Part shown: positions 9,428-18,253 of the stretch, one piece after another | Position numbering within the stretch: position 1 is the first letter of the stretch | How the letters are laid out: each line of letters begins with the position of its first letter | Origin: Pseudomonadales bacterium | GTDB lineage: Bacteria; Pseudomonadota; Gammaproteobacteria; Pseudomonadales; GM7GCV1 | NCBI GenBank assembly: GCA_965204215.1 | Contig: CBDBDZ010000014.1 | Span: 1,324,588 to 1,388,587 of the forward strand | Reading direction: 5' to 3' | Length of the DNA: 64,000 nucleotides | The notes under the pieces: model-generated | The model's database searches: none | Seen by the model: the letters and a program-made list of their open reading frames with translations, nothing else | Told to the model about the DNA's origin: nothing | Translations under genes and position numbers: made by a program

Positions 9428-11319
9428 CCCGACTTCGACACTTTTTTTCGTAAGTGATTGATTTTAAAAGAGTCCCAATTTTAGTTAGGCACTACAAGCT
9501 ATTTATTAAGAGTTATTTATAAGTTTCTACGTTAGCTGGAATGGAGTGGTTGAGAGTTTTCGACCCATCACCTGGTAAATTTTGCTGGCCTCAGGGTTAA
9601 CATTGGAAGGAATGCAATAAAGCACTTTCGTTTTGATATGCACCAATAGACTACGCTGAACATGCAATAGCGCATTGCGGATCACAGCAGGTGATAACTT
9701 TCTGTGCTGGAGCTTGACACGATAGCTTAAGAATCGCACTAAGCTAAATGCAACAAAAGAGATAGCCAGATGAGCTTGAATGCGTTTGGGTGTCCAGTGA
9801 TAGATAGGGCGTACTTTCAGATCATGTTTGGTGATGCGAAAACTGTCTTCAACTTGCCATAGCCCTTTGTAATGACCAAAAACGCCCTGTGCTGACATGG
9901 TGTCTAATGACGTTACTACGCCCTTGAGCCCATCCCATTGGGAATCGCGTTCTATTTTGCTCTGGTCAACACTGATATGCGTGTCGCCTGCCATTTTCAA
10001 ATACTTCTTGTAACCAAAATTGCTGAGCAGGCTCTTAGGATTCTTACTTCGCTTAAGTTTTTTAGTAATGCGTTCTATGGATTGCTCCCTATCCTTTCGG
10101 TCTTTCTCTGCTCGGGCATGATTATATTCAACAATCCAGCGTCTACCCTGATATGTAAACTCATAGCTGCGGGGTTCATCGTCATTACCTTGTTTGAGAT
10201 AGCCAACTTGTTTCAAGATGGCTCTTTGCTCTTGTTGGGGTAAGGTCTTGAGTTTAGCCCCCACAATGTAGGGTATCTCCTGAGCTTCAAGATGAGTCAA
10301 ATTATTCTGACTCAGCAACCCTCTGTCAGCAACAAATACAATGCGTTCAATGTCATAGTGTAAGTGTAAATCAGCAATCGCTGCTTGTAACGTATGACCC
10401 TCAAATGTGTTGCCTGGATATACTTCATAACCGACAGGTAACCCATCTTGAGTCACCAATAACGCCAACAGAACCTGAGGCTGGTTAAACTTCATATCCT
10501 TACTATAACCATTGCTTTTTAACTCATCTTCTGTAAAAGATTCAAAATAAAGTGTTGTACAGTCAAAGAACAACACATCAACAGCATGACCTACCAGCTG
10601 ACGTGTTCCTGATAGCACGGTATCCTTTATTCGATTAATCGCTTTATCATCCAATTTATCCATCATCCGATAGACTTTCTCCAATGGGATGCTAATGCCA
10701 AAATCTTGCTCTAATGAGGTCACCGTCTCTCGTTTGCTGACAGGATTAGCAATACGAGCCAATACAATATGGCGGAAAATATCAACAGCACTGACATTAT
10801 GGCTGGGGTGACCAATCGATGAACCAAAACCCAATTCATCGAATAATTGACCATATATCTCATGGATACCCACAGTGACACGCTGTTGTTCACGCAGTTG
10901 TTTTAAATCAACCTGAAGCGGTTTGTTTGATTCAGATTGTGATTTACTTTCAATAACTTGCTGTGCGACCTGCTCTGGATTAAACAAACTGGCCTGATGT
11001 TCAGCCTCAATATTGGCTTTAACATATTCGGCAACTTCTTTTAATTTAACCAGTTCGTCGTCATTCATGGCAACGCCAACGTAGCGTACTATCTTTTGCT
11101 TGACTTTGTTACCATCGCGAATACTTTCAACAATTTGAACAGTTTTGCGTGGGCTATTGGGAGTGGACTTAACTCGAACGAACATAGCGTCATTATAGCA
11201 CAGTGCAAAACGAAAGTAAATAATAAAAATTAACTAGGCACTACAAATCAAAACCCAAGTATTTTGACCAATTTAGTAGCTTTCAAGCTTGATTAGATGA
11301 CAAATCTGTCGAAGTCGGG
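9428..11319 (-). mobile_element. Intact IS1634-family (IS4-like) insertion sequence, ~1.89 kb
   Basis: Perfect 13-bp terminal inverted repeats: CCCGACTTCGACA at 9428-9440 and its reverse complement at 11307-11319. A single 552-aa DDE transposase ORF fills the element. A subterminal TAGGCACTACAA motif occurs near both ends. Confidence 0.9.
9527..11185 (-). CDS. IS1634-family DDE transposase
   Basis: 552 aa. The N-terminus MFVRVKSTPNSPRKTVQIVESIRDGNKVKQKIVRYVG is typical of IS1634-type transposases. Candidate DDE residues lie in LFFDCTTLYFES, IVFVADRGLLS and LWQVEDSFRITKHDLKVRPIYH. Confidence 0.9.
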   Translation of the reverse strand: MFVRVKSTPNSPRKTVQIVESIRDGNKVKQKIVRYVGVAMNDDELVKLKEVAEYVKANIEAEHQASLFNPEQVAQQVIESKSQSESNKPLQVDLKQLREQQRVTVGIHEIYGQLFDELGFGSSIGHPSHNVSAVDIFRHIVLARIANPVSKRETVTSLEQDFGISIPLEKVYRMMDKLDDKAINRIKDTVLSGTRQLVGHAVDVLFFDCTTLYFESFTEDELKSNGYSKDMKFNQPQVLLALLVTQDGLPVGYEVYPGNTFEGHTLQAAIADLHLHYDIERIVFVADRGLLSQNNLTHLEAQEIPYIVGAKLKTLPQQEQRAILKQVGYLKQGNDDEPRSYEFTYQGRRWIVEYNHARAEKDRKDREQSIERITKKLKRSKNPKSLLSNFGYKKYLKMAGDTHISVDQSKIERDSQWDGLKGVVTSLDTMSAQGVFGHYKGLWQVEDSFRITKHDLKVRPIYHWTPKRIQAHLAISFVAFSLVRFLSYRVKLQHRKLSPAVIRNALLHVQRSLLVHIKTKVLYCIPSNVNPEASKIYQVMGRKLSTTPFQLT

Positions 11320-11619
11320 AAACACAGCATGGATAAAGGTTGTAATGGGTTATTAATTACTTTGGCTGATCAACCTTATATTGCTGCTGAAGAATTGATC
11401 GCATTACTTAAATCAGGTTTGGCAAATAATATTGCAGCGGCTGAGTATGGAGATAGAGTAGGGGTACCTGCCTATTTTGATAGTAGTTATTTTTCACGGC
11501 TATTAATATTGCAGGGCGATTTAGGGGCTGGTAAGTTACTCAATAACGAAAAAGTGCGGAGATGCAAGTTCAATAATTTAAGTGATATGGACAGGCCGCC
11601 TGAGACCTTTTTGCAATAA
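11320..11619 (+). pseudogene. Duplicated 3' fragment of the mocA-like gene (the 96-aa ORF at 11329-11619 is a shadow of it)
   Basis: The translation is identical to the C-terminal 96 aa of the 8656-9249 product except for S->P (DRSPETFLQ vs DRPPETFLQ). The NTP-binding N-terminus is absent. Confidence 0.8.
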
Positions 11620-11797
11620 AATCTTTTTTATTACAAAAATCTCGACCTACATCACCCAATTAATAATGCGCTCTTCTAACTCGTCAGGGTGATAGTACTC
11701 TTCACTGATAAATTTACCTTTCATTGATATGCCAGCATCAATAACACTTTGAGGGGTTTTGCTAATTAAAGGGTGCCAATCAAATAACGGTTTACCT
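11320..11797. repeat. 478-bp direct duplication flanking the IS1634-family element, right copy
   Basis: See the left copy at 8950-9427. This copy abuts the right IS terminus directly. Confidence 0.9.
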
Positions 11798-12078
11798 TCA
11801 GCAAGTAGTCGATAGGCACAGGTTTTGGGCAGCCAGTTGAAGTTATCAATATTGTCTTTGGTCAATTGAATACAATCACTGACTAAAAACCTGCGATGGC
11901 TGTAATTTTTACAGTTGCAATCATCGTCTAATAATTTGCAGCTTATTCGAGAGTATTGAATATCGCCAGAATCAATATCTTCAAATTTGTGCAGGCAACA
12001 TTGACCACAGCGGTCGCACAAAGACTCCCATTGGGTATCATTCATTTCTGTCAGTTTAAGTTTTTGCCAAAATGACAT
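11647..12078 (-). CDS. ycgN: YcgN-like UPF0260 cysteine-cluster protein
   Basis: MSFWQKL...WESLCDRCGQCCLHK...CKLLD..CNCKNY..R...DCIQLT...WLPKTCAYRLLAEGKPLFDWHPL is collinear with E. coli YcgN. I place the start at the internal ATG (12078) rather than the ORF-track start at 12255. Confidence 0.8.
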   Translation of the reverse strand: MSFWQKLKLTEMNDTQWESLCDRCGQCCLHKFEDIDSGDIQYSRISCKLLDDDCNCKNYSHRRFLVSDCIQLTKDNIDNFNWLPKTCAYRLLAEGKPLFDWHPLISKTPQSVIDAGISMKGKFISEEYYHPDELEERIINWVM

Positions 12079-12094
12079 GGTGCAAAGCTCTCTA

Positions 12095-12304
12095 TCAGAT
12101 ATCGGTGGGTAAATCGACTGATTGATCACCTGAAATTGACTCGCTGGGAACAAACACTTCAAAGCTATCGGTATTGGCATTTTGTTCTGTGCTGTTTTGT
12201 TGTTGCTCATTAGTCGTTGCTTTGTCATTATTTTCTTCATGGGGCTGCTGGGCAAAAACCACCAAAGTTAGCAAAAGGGTAGTCAGGGTGAATAGTTTTA
12301 TCAT
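12095..12304 (-). CDS. Small hypothetical secreted protein (~69 aa)
   Basis: Signal-peptide-like MIKLFTLTTLLLTLVVFAQQ is followed by a Q/N/E-rich linker and the conserved-looking tail DSFEVFVPSESISGDQSVDLPTDI. It lies in line with the upstream envelope genes. The start is chosen at Met14 of the track ORF. Confidence 0.4.
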   Translation of the reverse strand: MIKLFTLTTLLLTLVVFAQQPHEENNDKATTNEQQQNSTEQNANTDSFEVFVPSESISGDQSVDLPTDI

Positions 12305-12321
12305 TGCTGGATGTAGTAGGT

Positions 12322-12355
12322 CTTTAATGCATAAGGTAACCATAATCTGGGTTTA
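12322..12355 (-). repeat. Rep-E motif, degenerate copy with a small internal insertion
   Basis: The minus strand reads TAAACCCAGATTATGgttaccttATGCATTAAAG. The TAA is the stop of the 12353-14491 gene. Confidence 0.4.
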
Positions 12356-14491
12356 AGGCGTTTTAACACTGCGGGCGATGCGAAATCCTACATCATTTTT
12401 GCCTTTAGCACCAAGGTCTTTGTAAGCCCAGCGCAATTGAGGCAAATAACCACGTAGCCAACTGCTGCCGCGAATGGTATGGCTCTCGCCAATGGCAGGC
12501 CCCCACAGATTATTGTTTTTATGTTCCAGATGCCAATCGCTTTGGTACCAATCATTTATCCACTCTGCGACATTGCCATCCAAATCATAAAGCCCACTGC
12601 TGTGAGCAGGGAAGCTGCCAACATTGGCACTGACACTTTGATTGTCATTGTATTCGGGTTGAATAAACTTAATAATTTTTGCCGCTGAAGCATCGGCTAT
12701 ATTCAATAATGCAGTTTTGGGAGGCTGCACATCATTGCCCCACAAATAGACAGGACGGTCATTTGGAGCTTTTGTATGATAGTAGGTCAACCAAACCCAC
12801 TCAGGTTCGGTTAGTAAACGGTATCCATCTGAATTGATATCAAAGCCACTGATTGCACCTTGCTGGGTCAAGTAGAAAGGTTTTAAATTTTCTTGTTGAC
12901 TGAGCCAGTTACAATAAAGTGCAGCCTGTTGCCAACTGATATTGGCTGCTGGCTGTTTTTCGCCATTTAAGCTATAACCACCAAAGTGACCGCTACTATG
13001 CCTGGAATTATAGTGTCGAAATTGCTCATTAGTGACTTCGTGTAAACTTACATAAAATGGATGACTCAGTTTTACCTGCCATTGCCCCTCGTTGGCTCTT
13101 CTGCCACGCTCAGATTCAGTCGAGCCGACGATGACATTGTCATCAGGTTTAAATAATTTAAATTGGTGATTGTTTTTTGATTGATAAGTTTCAGAAATAG
13201 TTGCCCAGAAGTGTTCTTCAGCCGTTAGTAATTGGGTTTCGATAACAGGAGTCGAACCTATAGTTGGGGTAAATTCAAAAGTCTTGGTGATATAACCGTT
13301 AGCACTAATGCTCACCTGGTGAGAAATTGCAGTAAGCTCAATGCTTTGATTGCCACTACCAGCGCCTCTGTTGTTTATCATAAGTGTAGAGTTTACAGGT
13401 TTTGTAACAAATCTAACAGGTACTTTGATGGGCTTCAATTCAATATTAAGTCTCTGCCGTTTGTTTGGTGATAAGCTGTCGGTAAAACGCTGATAACCTG
13501 CTTTAAATACCGCAACCTGATAGACTTCAGATGGGTTTAATTTGAGATTAACAGGCGTTTGTCCACGAAATTCACCATTGATTAGCACACTGCCATCGCC
13601 AGGGTTGCTGTCAATACTGACTTCAATATCAGCAGGAAGCAGCTTAACAGGTGGGTGCCTGGCTATTATTCCACGTTGAATAAGTACATTAATTTTACTG
13701 GCTTTATAGCCTGGTTTATCAATGATTAACTCCTGGGTTTTATTATGTGCTCTTAAAATATAATTTCCTGTGGAGTTGGTATGAGCGTAAAAAGCATATT
13801 TTGATGCATAAACACTTGCATCATGCGGGTTAATAGACACCTCTAATTGTCCCCAGTTGGGTGTCAGTTGTATGTTTATGTTTTGGTGCTTTGCTCGCCC
13901 AATGACGTTAAACTCGGTAGTGTAGGTTTCATACAAAGATGATTGAACACTAAAGCTATGAGTGCCTCCAAACCAATCATTGACAGTGAATTGGCGTTTG
14001 TTAATATCAAAGCTGTAAGTGCTGCTGTTTGCATGTAACTGCAATGAATTCGCAATGGTTTCTACTGCTAAATCGGTATTGACTATAGTAATAGTAATAA
14101 TACCAGGCAATGGCTCTAAAGCAATATTTGCAACATTGGCATAGCTCGACCCAATTTTAACCTGCTGCTGTTTCGGTTGGTATCCATCGGCAGAGACAGA
14201 AATTTGGTAATCATTGGGCAGCAGTAAATAGCGGTTATTCCATTTCAGGTAAAACCAGCTATTTATTTTTATATCAACATCAGCAACTATTCTGTCTGGA
14301 AACTTTGTATCGGATATTTTTATTTGTAGCGGTTTAACCAGTAAAGTTAAGCTGACAAAAGTCAGCAAAATGGCTACAACCAAACCAGCCCAAAACTTCT
14401 GATTAAACTTTATTCTTTTAACCCTGTTTTGACCCTGTAGGGGAGGAGGATCATAGTCTGCCTCAGGTAATGGCCGGTACTTAACAGGCAT
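12353..14491 (-). CDS. Membrane-anchored PEGA-repeat protein with a C-terminal FGE-sulfatase (SUMF1/EgtB/PvdO-like) domain
   Basis: 712 aa with one N-terminal TM segment. It carries several PEGA-like beta-sandwich repeats (ADGYQPKQQ, KPGYKAS, KAGYQRF, ANGYITK). The C-terminus HEVTNEQF...ISWQQAALYCNWL...GYRLLTEPEW...LYDLDGNVAEW...RGSSW...GFRIARS matches the FGE-sulfatase fold. Confidence 0.8.
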   Translation of the reverse strand: MPVKYRPLPEADYDPPPLQGQNRVKRIKFNQKFWAGLVVAILLTFVSLTLLVKPLQIKISDTKFPDRIVADVDIKINSWFYLKWNNRYLLLPNDYQISVSADGYQPKQQQVKIGSSYANVANIALEPLPGIITITIVNTDLAVETIANSLQLHANSSTYSFDINKRQFTVNDWFGGTHSFSVQSSLYETYTTEFNVIGRAKHQNINIQLTPNWGQLEVSINPHDASVYASKYAFYAHTNSTGNYILRAHNKTQELIIDKPGYKASKINVLIQRGIIARHPPVKLLPADIEVSIDSNPGDGSVLINGEFRGQTPVNLKLNPSEVYQVAVFKAGYQRFTDSLSPNKRQRLNIELKPIKVPVRFVTKPVNSTLMINNRGAGSGNQSIELTAISHQVSISANGYITKTFEFTPTIGSTPVIETQLLTAEEHFWATISETYQSKNNHQFKLFKPDDNVIVGSTESERGRRANEGQWQVKLSHPFYVSLHEVTNEQFRHYNSRHSSGHFGGYSLNGEKQPAANISWQQAALYCNWLSQQENLKPFYLTQQGAISGFDINSDGYRLLTEPEWVWLTYYHTKAPNDRPVYLWGNDVQPPKTALLNIADASAAKIIKFIQPEYNDNQSVSANVGSFPAHSSGLYDLDGNVAEWINDWYQSDWHLEHKNNNLWGPAIGESHTIRGSSWLRGYLPQLRWAYKDLGAKGKNDVGFRIARSVKTP

Positions 14492-14499
14492 ACTTGTTC

Positions 14500-15570
14500 T
14501 TATCTGTCTGCAATAGAATGTTCACAAATAATGGTATATTCGGTAATTGAATCAGGTTTGTTGAGCACAACGGTTATAAGGTTATCACGAAACCCTTTTC
14601 TGCGACCAGTTAATTTATATTCACCGGGTTTAAGCAGCAGCACTTTACGTTCAAATAAACCCAGATTTTGAGGAAGGTAACCAAATTGATGCACTGTAAC
14701 ATCGGTCTTGTTGTCTGAATGCAAAATAACTTGTTGATCTTGCTTAACCCAATCCAATAGTTCTGAAAGTTTTGATGTTTTCTCATTGAGGCGTTTTCCG
14801 GATCGCTCGCCTATTTCATCCAGCAGTATATTGGCTTGGACAGCAACTGAAGGCCTTGTCAATTTAATGGGTTGATTGATAAATTCTTCTAATTTTTTAT
14901 ACCATTGACTGCGTTGTTGCGCTATGGGTAATAGGGCTTGAGCCTGTAGGTGGTGAGGGTCTAATTGGAGCAAAATATTAATATTAGCCAGCGCGTCACT
15001 CCATTGCTCAAATTGTTGATGTTGTTGGATGTTTAACCAGATTTGTTGGAGTTGTTGTTGGTGCAATTTGGATTGCGCCGTTGCTAAACCATTGCTTGCA
15101 GCGTTATTTTGTGGGTATTGCGTGAGTATTTCGTTAAATAATTCTATTGCTGTTTCATATTGATTAGCGGATAAGGCATTAAAGCCCTTTATGAGTTGTT
15201 GGTTGAGTAAATCTTGCACTTTAGCAACATTTTCGGGCTCTATGGTTGTAGCATCTTGAGCATTAATTACCTCAACTGGCGAAATGCTGATAACCTGAGC
15301 AGTCAGAGTAGTATCTTTGGTATTGTCAAGCGATATTCCGTATTGAGCCAAACTGGCATCTATAGCATTAAGTATCGTTTCTTGCTGCTTCGTTTTAACT
15401 TCTGATTGTTGTGTTGTCAATACTTCGGTTTTAGTCTGCAAAGGTTTTGTGTAGCTATTAACAAACCATATAAAAGCGGTAAGTACGGCAATGATCAGAG
15501 TCGCAATGATGACAGAATAGCGTTGTAAAAAACTTTGTTCCTGTTCTAAAGTATCAAATTGGTTAGCCAT
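14500..15570 (-). CDS. Hypothetical membrane-anchored protein with a TPR-like helical region
   Basis: 356-aa ORF with one TM segment (VIIATLIIAVLTAFIWFV) and a Q-rich helical middle (YETAIELFNEILTQYPQNNAA). It overlaps the rsmC start by 8 nt and sits upstream of the PEGA/FGE gene. Confidence 0.55.
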   Translation of the reverse strand: MANQFDTLEQEQSFLQRYSVIIATLIIAVLTAFIWFVNSYTKPLQTKTEVLTTQQSEVKTKQQETILNAIDASLAQYGISLDNTKDTTLTAQVISISPVEVINAQDATTIEPENVAKVQDLLNQQLIKGFNALSANQYETAIELFNEILTQYPQNNAASNGLATAQSKLHQQQLQQIWLNIQQHQQFEQWSDALANINILLQLDPHHLQAQALLPIAQQRSQWYKKLEEFINQPIKLTRPSVAVQANILLDEIGERSGKRLNEKTSKLSELLDWVKQDQQVILHSDNKTDVTVHQFGYLPQNLGLFERKVLLLKPGEYKLTGRRKGFRDNLITVVLNKPDSITEYTIICEHSIADR

Positions 15571-16591
15571 ATAAATAACTCACTTTAAAACCTTTTTCTT
15601 CAATAAACAATTTGTGATTTAAACCCGAATTTTTTGCCATTTCCTCAATGTTGACAAAAGTTTTAGTGACAAAATAGGCATGGCCTTCAGGTTTTAATAA
15701 GCGTTTGGCTGTAATAACAAAGCGTTGGGTTAAATGGGTACTTAATTGAAAGCCATGGTGGTAGGGCGGGTTGCAAATAATGGTATCAAACTGATTGTTA
15801 ATACTCATGGCCACATCATCAGCTACAACGCTATACTGGTTGGCATTCAATCTGCTTTGCAAATTGCGTTTGGTGCATTCAAGTGCAGTGGCGCAATTGT
15901 CAGTTGCTGTAATGTGGGAAGGTTTCAACGCCAGCATTCGCACGGACAGGTACCCATATCCACAACCCAGGTCTAGTAATGTATCTATAGAAATATTGCT
16001 GTTAATTAATGTGTCAGCTAATAATTTTGAACCCGTATCGACTTGTTTCCAACCGTATTGACCTGGCTTGGTGTGTAGTGAAACATCAACTGTAGAAAAG
16101 AGATTGTAGCTATTCGCCAGTTTAGGCTTTTTGCCTGTTTGTGCTCCTTTTTTCAATCGGATTAAGCTATGTTGTTTTTCACCTTTACTTAAGGTAGCAA
16201 TATTGCCTAAATAAAGTTCAGCCTCTTTGTTCAAGGTTTTGATACCTTCATTTTTGAAGCCGCAAAATATAAGTACCTTACCAACGTCAAGTAATTGATT
16301 TGCAAGATAGAGCCAATGGTGATTAATGGCTTTTTCTTTACTTATGCGAAAGGCGATGTAGTCCCAGTGATGATTTGGCACTTCAAAATCATTAAATACT
16401 GCATTGATATTGCGGTTTTGTGCATTGCGGTAATGATGGTAGCGATTTGTACAAATCGTAAGGTTGGTAAGTTGTTGTAATTGATGCCAGTGCTTATCCT
16501 CGACACAATGCTCATCCATCAGTAGCAAAATGGAACTATCGACTATAGGACACAGGGCGTTTATCAAAGAGTTTTGGGCATGGTCAATCAT
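15563..16591 (-). CDS. rsmC: 16S rRNA (guanine1207-N2)-methyltransferase RsmC-like
   Basis: 342 aa, the same length as E. coli RsmC. The C-terminal SAM methyltransferase domain has LLDLGCGYGYLS and ICNPPYHHG (the NPPF/YH motif). Confidence 0.75.
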   Translation of the reverse strand: MIDHAQNSLINALCPIVDSSILLLMDEHCVEDKHWHQLQQLTNLTICTNRYHHYRNAQNRNINAVFNDFEVPNHHWDYIAFRISKEKAINHHWLYLANQLLDVGKVLIFCGFKNEGIKTLNKEAELYLGNIATLSKGEKQHSLIRLKKGAQTGKKPKLANSYNLFSTVDVSLHTKPGQYGWKQVDTGSKLLADTLINSNISIDTLLDLGCGYGYLSVRMLALKPSHITATDNCATALECTKRNLQSRLNANQYSVVADDVAMSINNQFDTIICNPPYHHGFQLSTHLTQRFVITAKRLLKPEGHAYFVTKTFVNIEEMAKNSGLNHKLFIEEKGFKVSYLYG

Positions 16592-16632
16592 ATTTTAACC
16601 AATTATTATAACAATACTCTTATAATATACGT

Positions 16633-17661
16633 ATGAATCAAAATCGTTTTCATCGACAATTTCCTGCAACCCGAATGCGAAGGTTGCGCCATACACAGTG
16701 GATGTTAAATATGCTGCAAGAAAATCATTTAACCAGCGCTGATTTAATTTTGCCACTGTTTGTACACGACAATCAACATAATGTTGGTATTGATGCAATG
16801 CCCGGTATTGAGCGTCATTCTATTAACTCGCTGCTTAAACAGGTAGAATGTGCGGTGAATTTACATATACCAGCTATAGCGTTATTCCCGGCTATTGATG
16901 AGTCATTGAAGAATGAGGAAGGAAGCGAAGCGTGGAATGAGAATAATCTGGTTTGCCGAGCGATAACAGCCATCAAAAAGGAATTTCCGGATATAGGAGT
17001 GATAGCCGACATAGCACTCGACCCATACACTGACCATGGTCAGGACGGTATTATGGTTGATGGTTATATAGCTAATGACCTGTCACTAAAAGCCTTGAAG
17101 AAACAGGCAAGAGTACAGGTTGACGCTGGCTGCGATATTTTGGCACCCTCAGATATGATGGATGGGCGCATTAAAGTAATACGTGATGATATGGAGCAAC
17201 TATCACAACACAATATGCATATTATGAGTTACGCTGCCAAGTATAATTCTGCGTTTTATGGTCCATTTAGAGATGCGGTTGGAGCTGGGAGTAAAAGCAA
17301 TGGAAATAGAAAAGCAGGAGGCAAATCCAGTTATCAAATCAATCCGGCCAATGCTGGCGAAGCAATGAATGAAATTGCTTTAGATATAGCAGAAGGAGCA
17401 GACAGCATTATAGTCAAACCGGGAATGCCTTATTTAGATATTATCAGACAGGTAAAAGACAGATTTGCAATCCCTGTTTTTGCGTATCAGGTTTCAGGGG
17501 AATACTCAATGATTCAAGCAGCAGCAAATAATCGTATGCTAGACTTGCAGCAAACTATGTTAGAAAGTTTGTTAGCGTTTAAACGAGCGGGAGCAACTGG
17601 AATTTGGACGTATTTTGCTTTAGAAGCAGCTCAGATAATTAATTCTGCTGGCAGTAAATGA
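16633..17661 (+). CDS. hemB: Porphobilinogen synthase (delta-aminolevulinate dehydratase), Asp-rich (Mg-type) metal site
   Basis: Contains FPATRMRRLR. DIALDPYTDHGQDG replaces the Cys-rich Zn site. The active-site region SYAAKYNSAFYGPFRD and IIVKPGMPYLDI are present. Confidence 0.93.
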   Translation: MNQNRFHRQFPATRMRRLRHTQWMLNMLQENHLTSADLILPLFVHDNQHNVGIDAMPGIERHSINSLLKQVECAVNLHIPAIALFPAIDESLKNEEGSEAWNENNLVCRAITAIKKEFPDIGVIADIALDPYTDHGQDGIMVDGYIANDLSLKALKKQARVQVDAGCDILAPSDMMDGRIKVIRDDMEQLSQHNMHIMSYAAKYNSAFYGPFRDAVGAGSKSNGNRKAGGKSSYQINPANAGEAMNEIALDIAEGADSIIVKPGMPYLDIIRQVKDRFAIPVFAYQVSGEYSMIQAAANNRMLDLQQTMLESLLAFKRAGATGIWTYFALEAAQIINSAGSK

Positions 17662-17718
17662 GCATTTTGAGCGAAAATTTAACGCTGTATTGGCGAGCGC
17701 AGTAATTATGCAAAACTC

Positions 17719-17720
<2 letters not shown>
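17662..17720 (+). repeat. MITE-A solo arm filling the hemB-glnB gap
   Basis: GCATTTTGAGCGAAAATTTAACGCTGTATTGGCGAGCGCAGTAATTATGCAAAACTCTC is the reverse complement of 5882-5950 apart from a CTGCGCTCG duplication there. Confidence 0.75.
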
Positions 17721-18066
<346 letters not shown>

Positions 18067-18147
18067 CTAAATGTATTTATAGTTAACAAACTACCAATTA
18101 TACTTAGACTGCAACATAATTACTACAATTGGCTGTATTAATTCGGC

Positions 18148-18164
18148 ATGGAAATACCGTGCCA
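18148..18164 (-). promoter_or_regulatory. Candidate sigma-54 (-24/-12) promoter upstream of glnB
   Basis: The minus strand reads TGGCACGGTATTTCCAT, against the consensus TGGCACG-N4-TTGCW. The -24 half and the spacing are perfect, but the -12 GC is CC. It lies ~90 nt upstream of the glnB ATG. Confidence 0.3.
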
Positions 18165-18210
18165 TTTTATTGCCATTTTTGTGTGTAATAGATTTCTAAT
18201 ATAATTTGGG

Positions 18211-18253
18211 TTTAACGCTGTATTGACGAGCGCAGTAATTATGCAAAACTCTC
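18211..18253 (+). repeat. MITE-A solo arm (partial) overlapping the start of the yihY-family gene
   Basis: TTTAACGCTGTATTGACGAGCGCAGTAATTATGCAAAACTCTC. The ATG at 18241 inside the element terminus is the likely start codon. Confidence 0.7.

Noticed and set aside
12079-12255. N-terminal extensions proposed by the ORF track (ycgN from 12255, leuS from 19946, lptE from 22577, rnt from 25166, yihY-family from 18223)
   Set aside because: Alignment with the E. coli homologues I remember places the starts at the internal ATGs (12078, 19964, 22586, 25196, 18241). Several of the extensions are encoded by repeat-element sequence.
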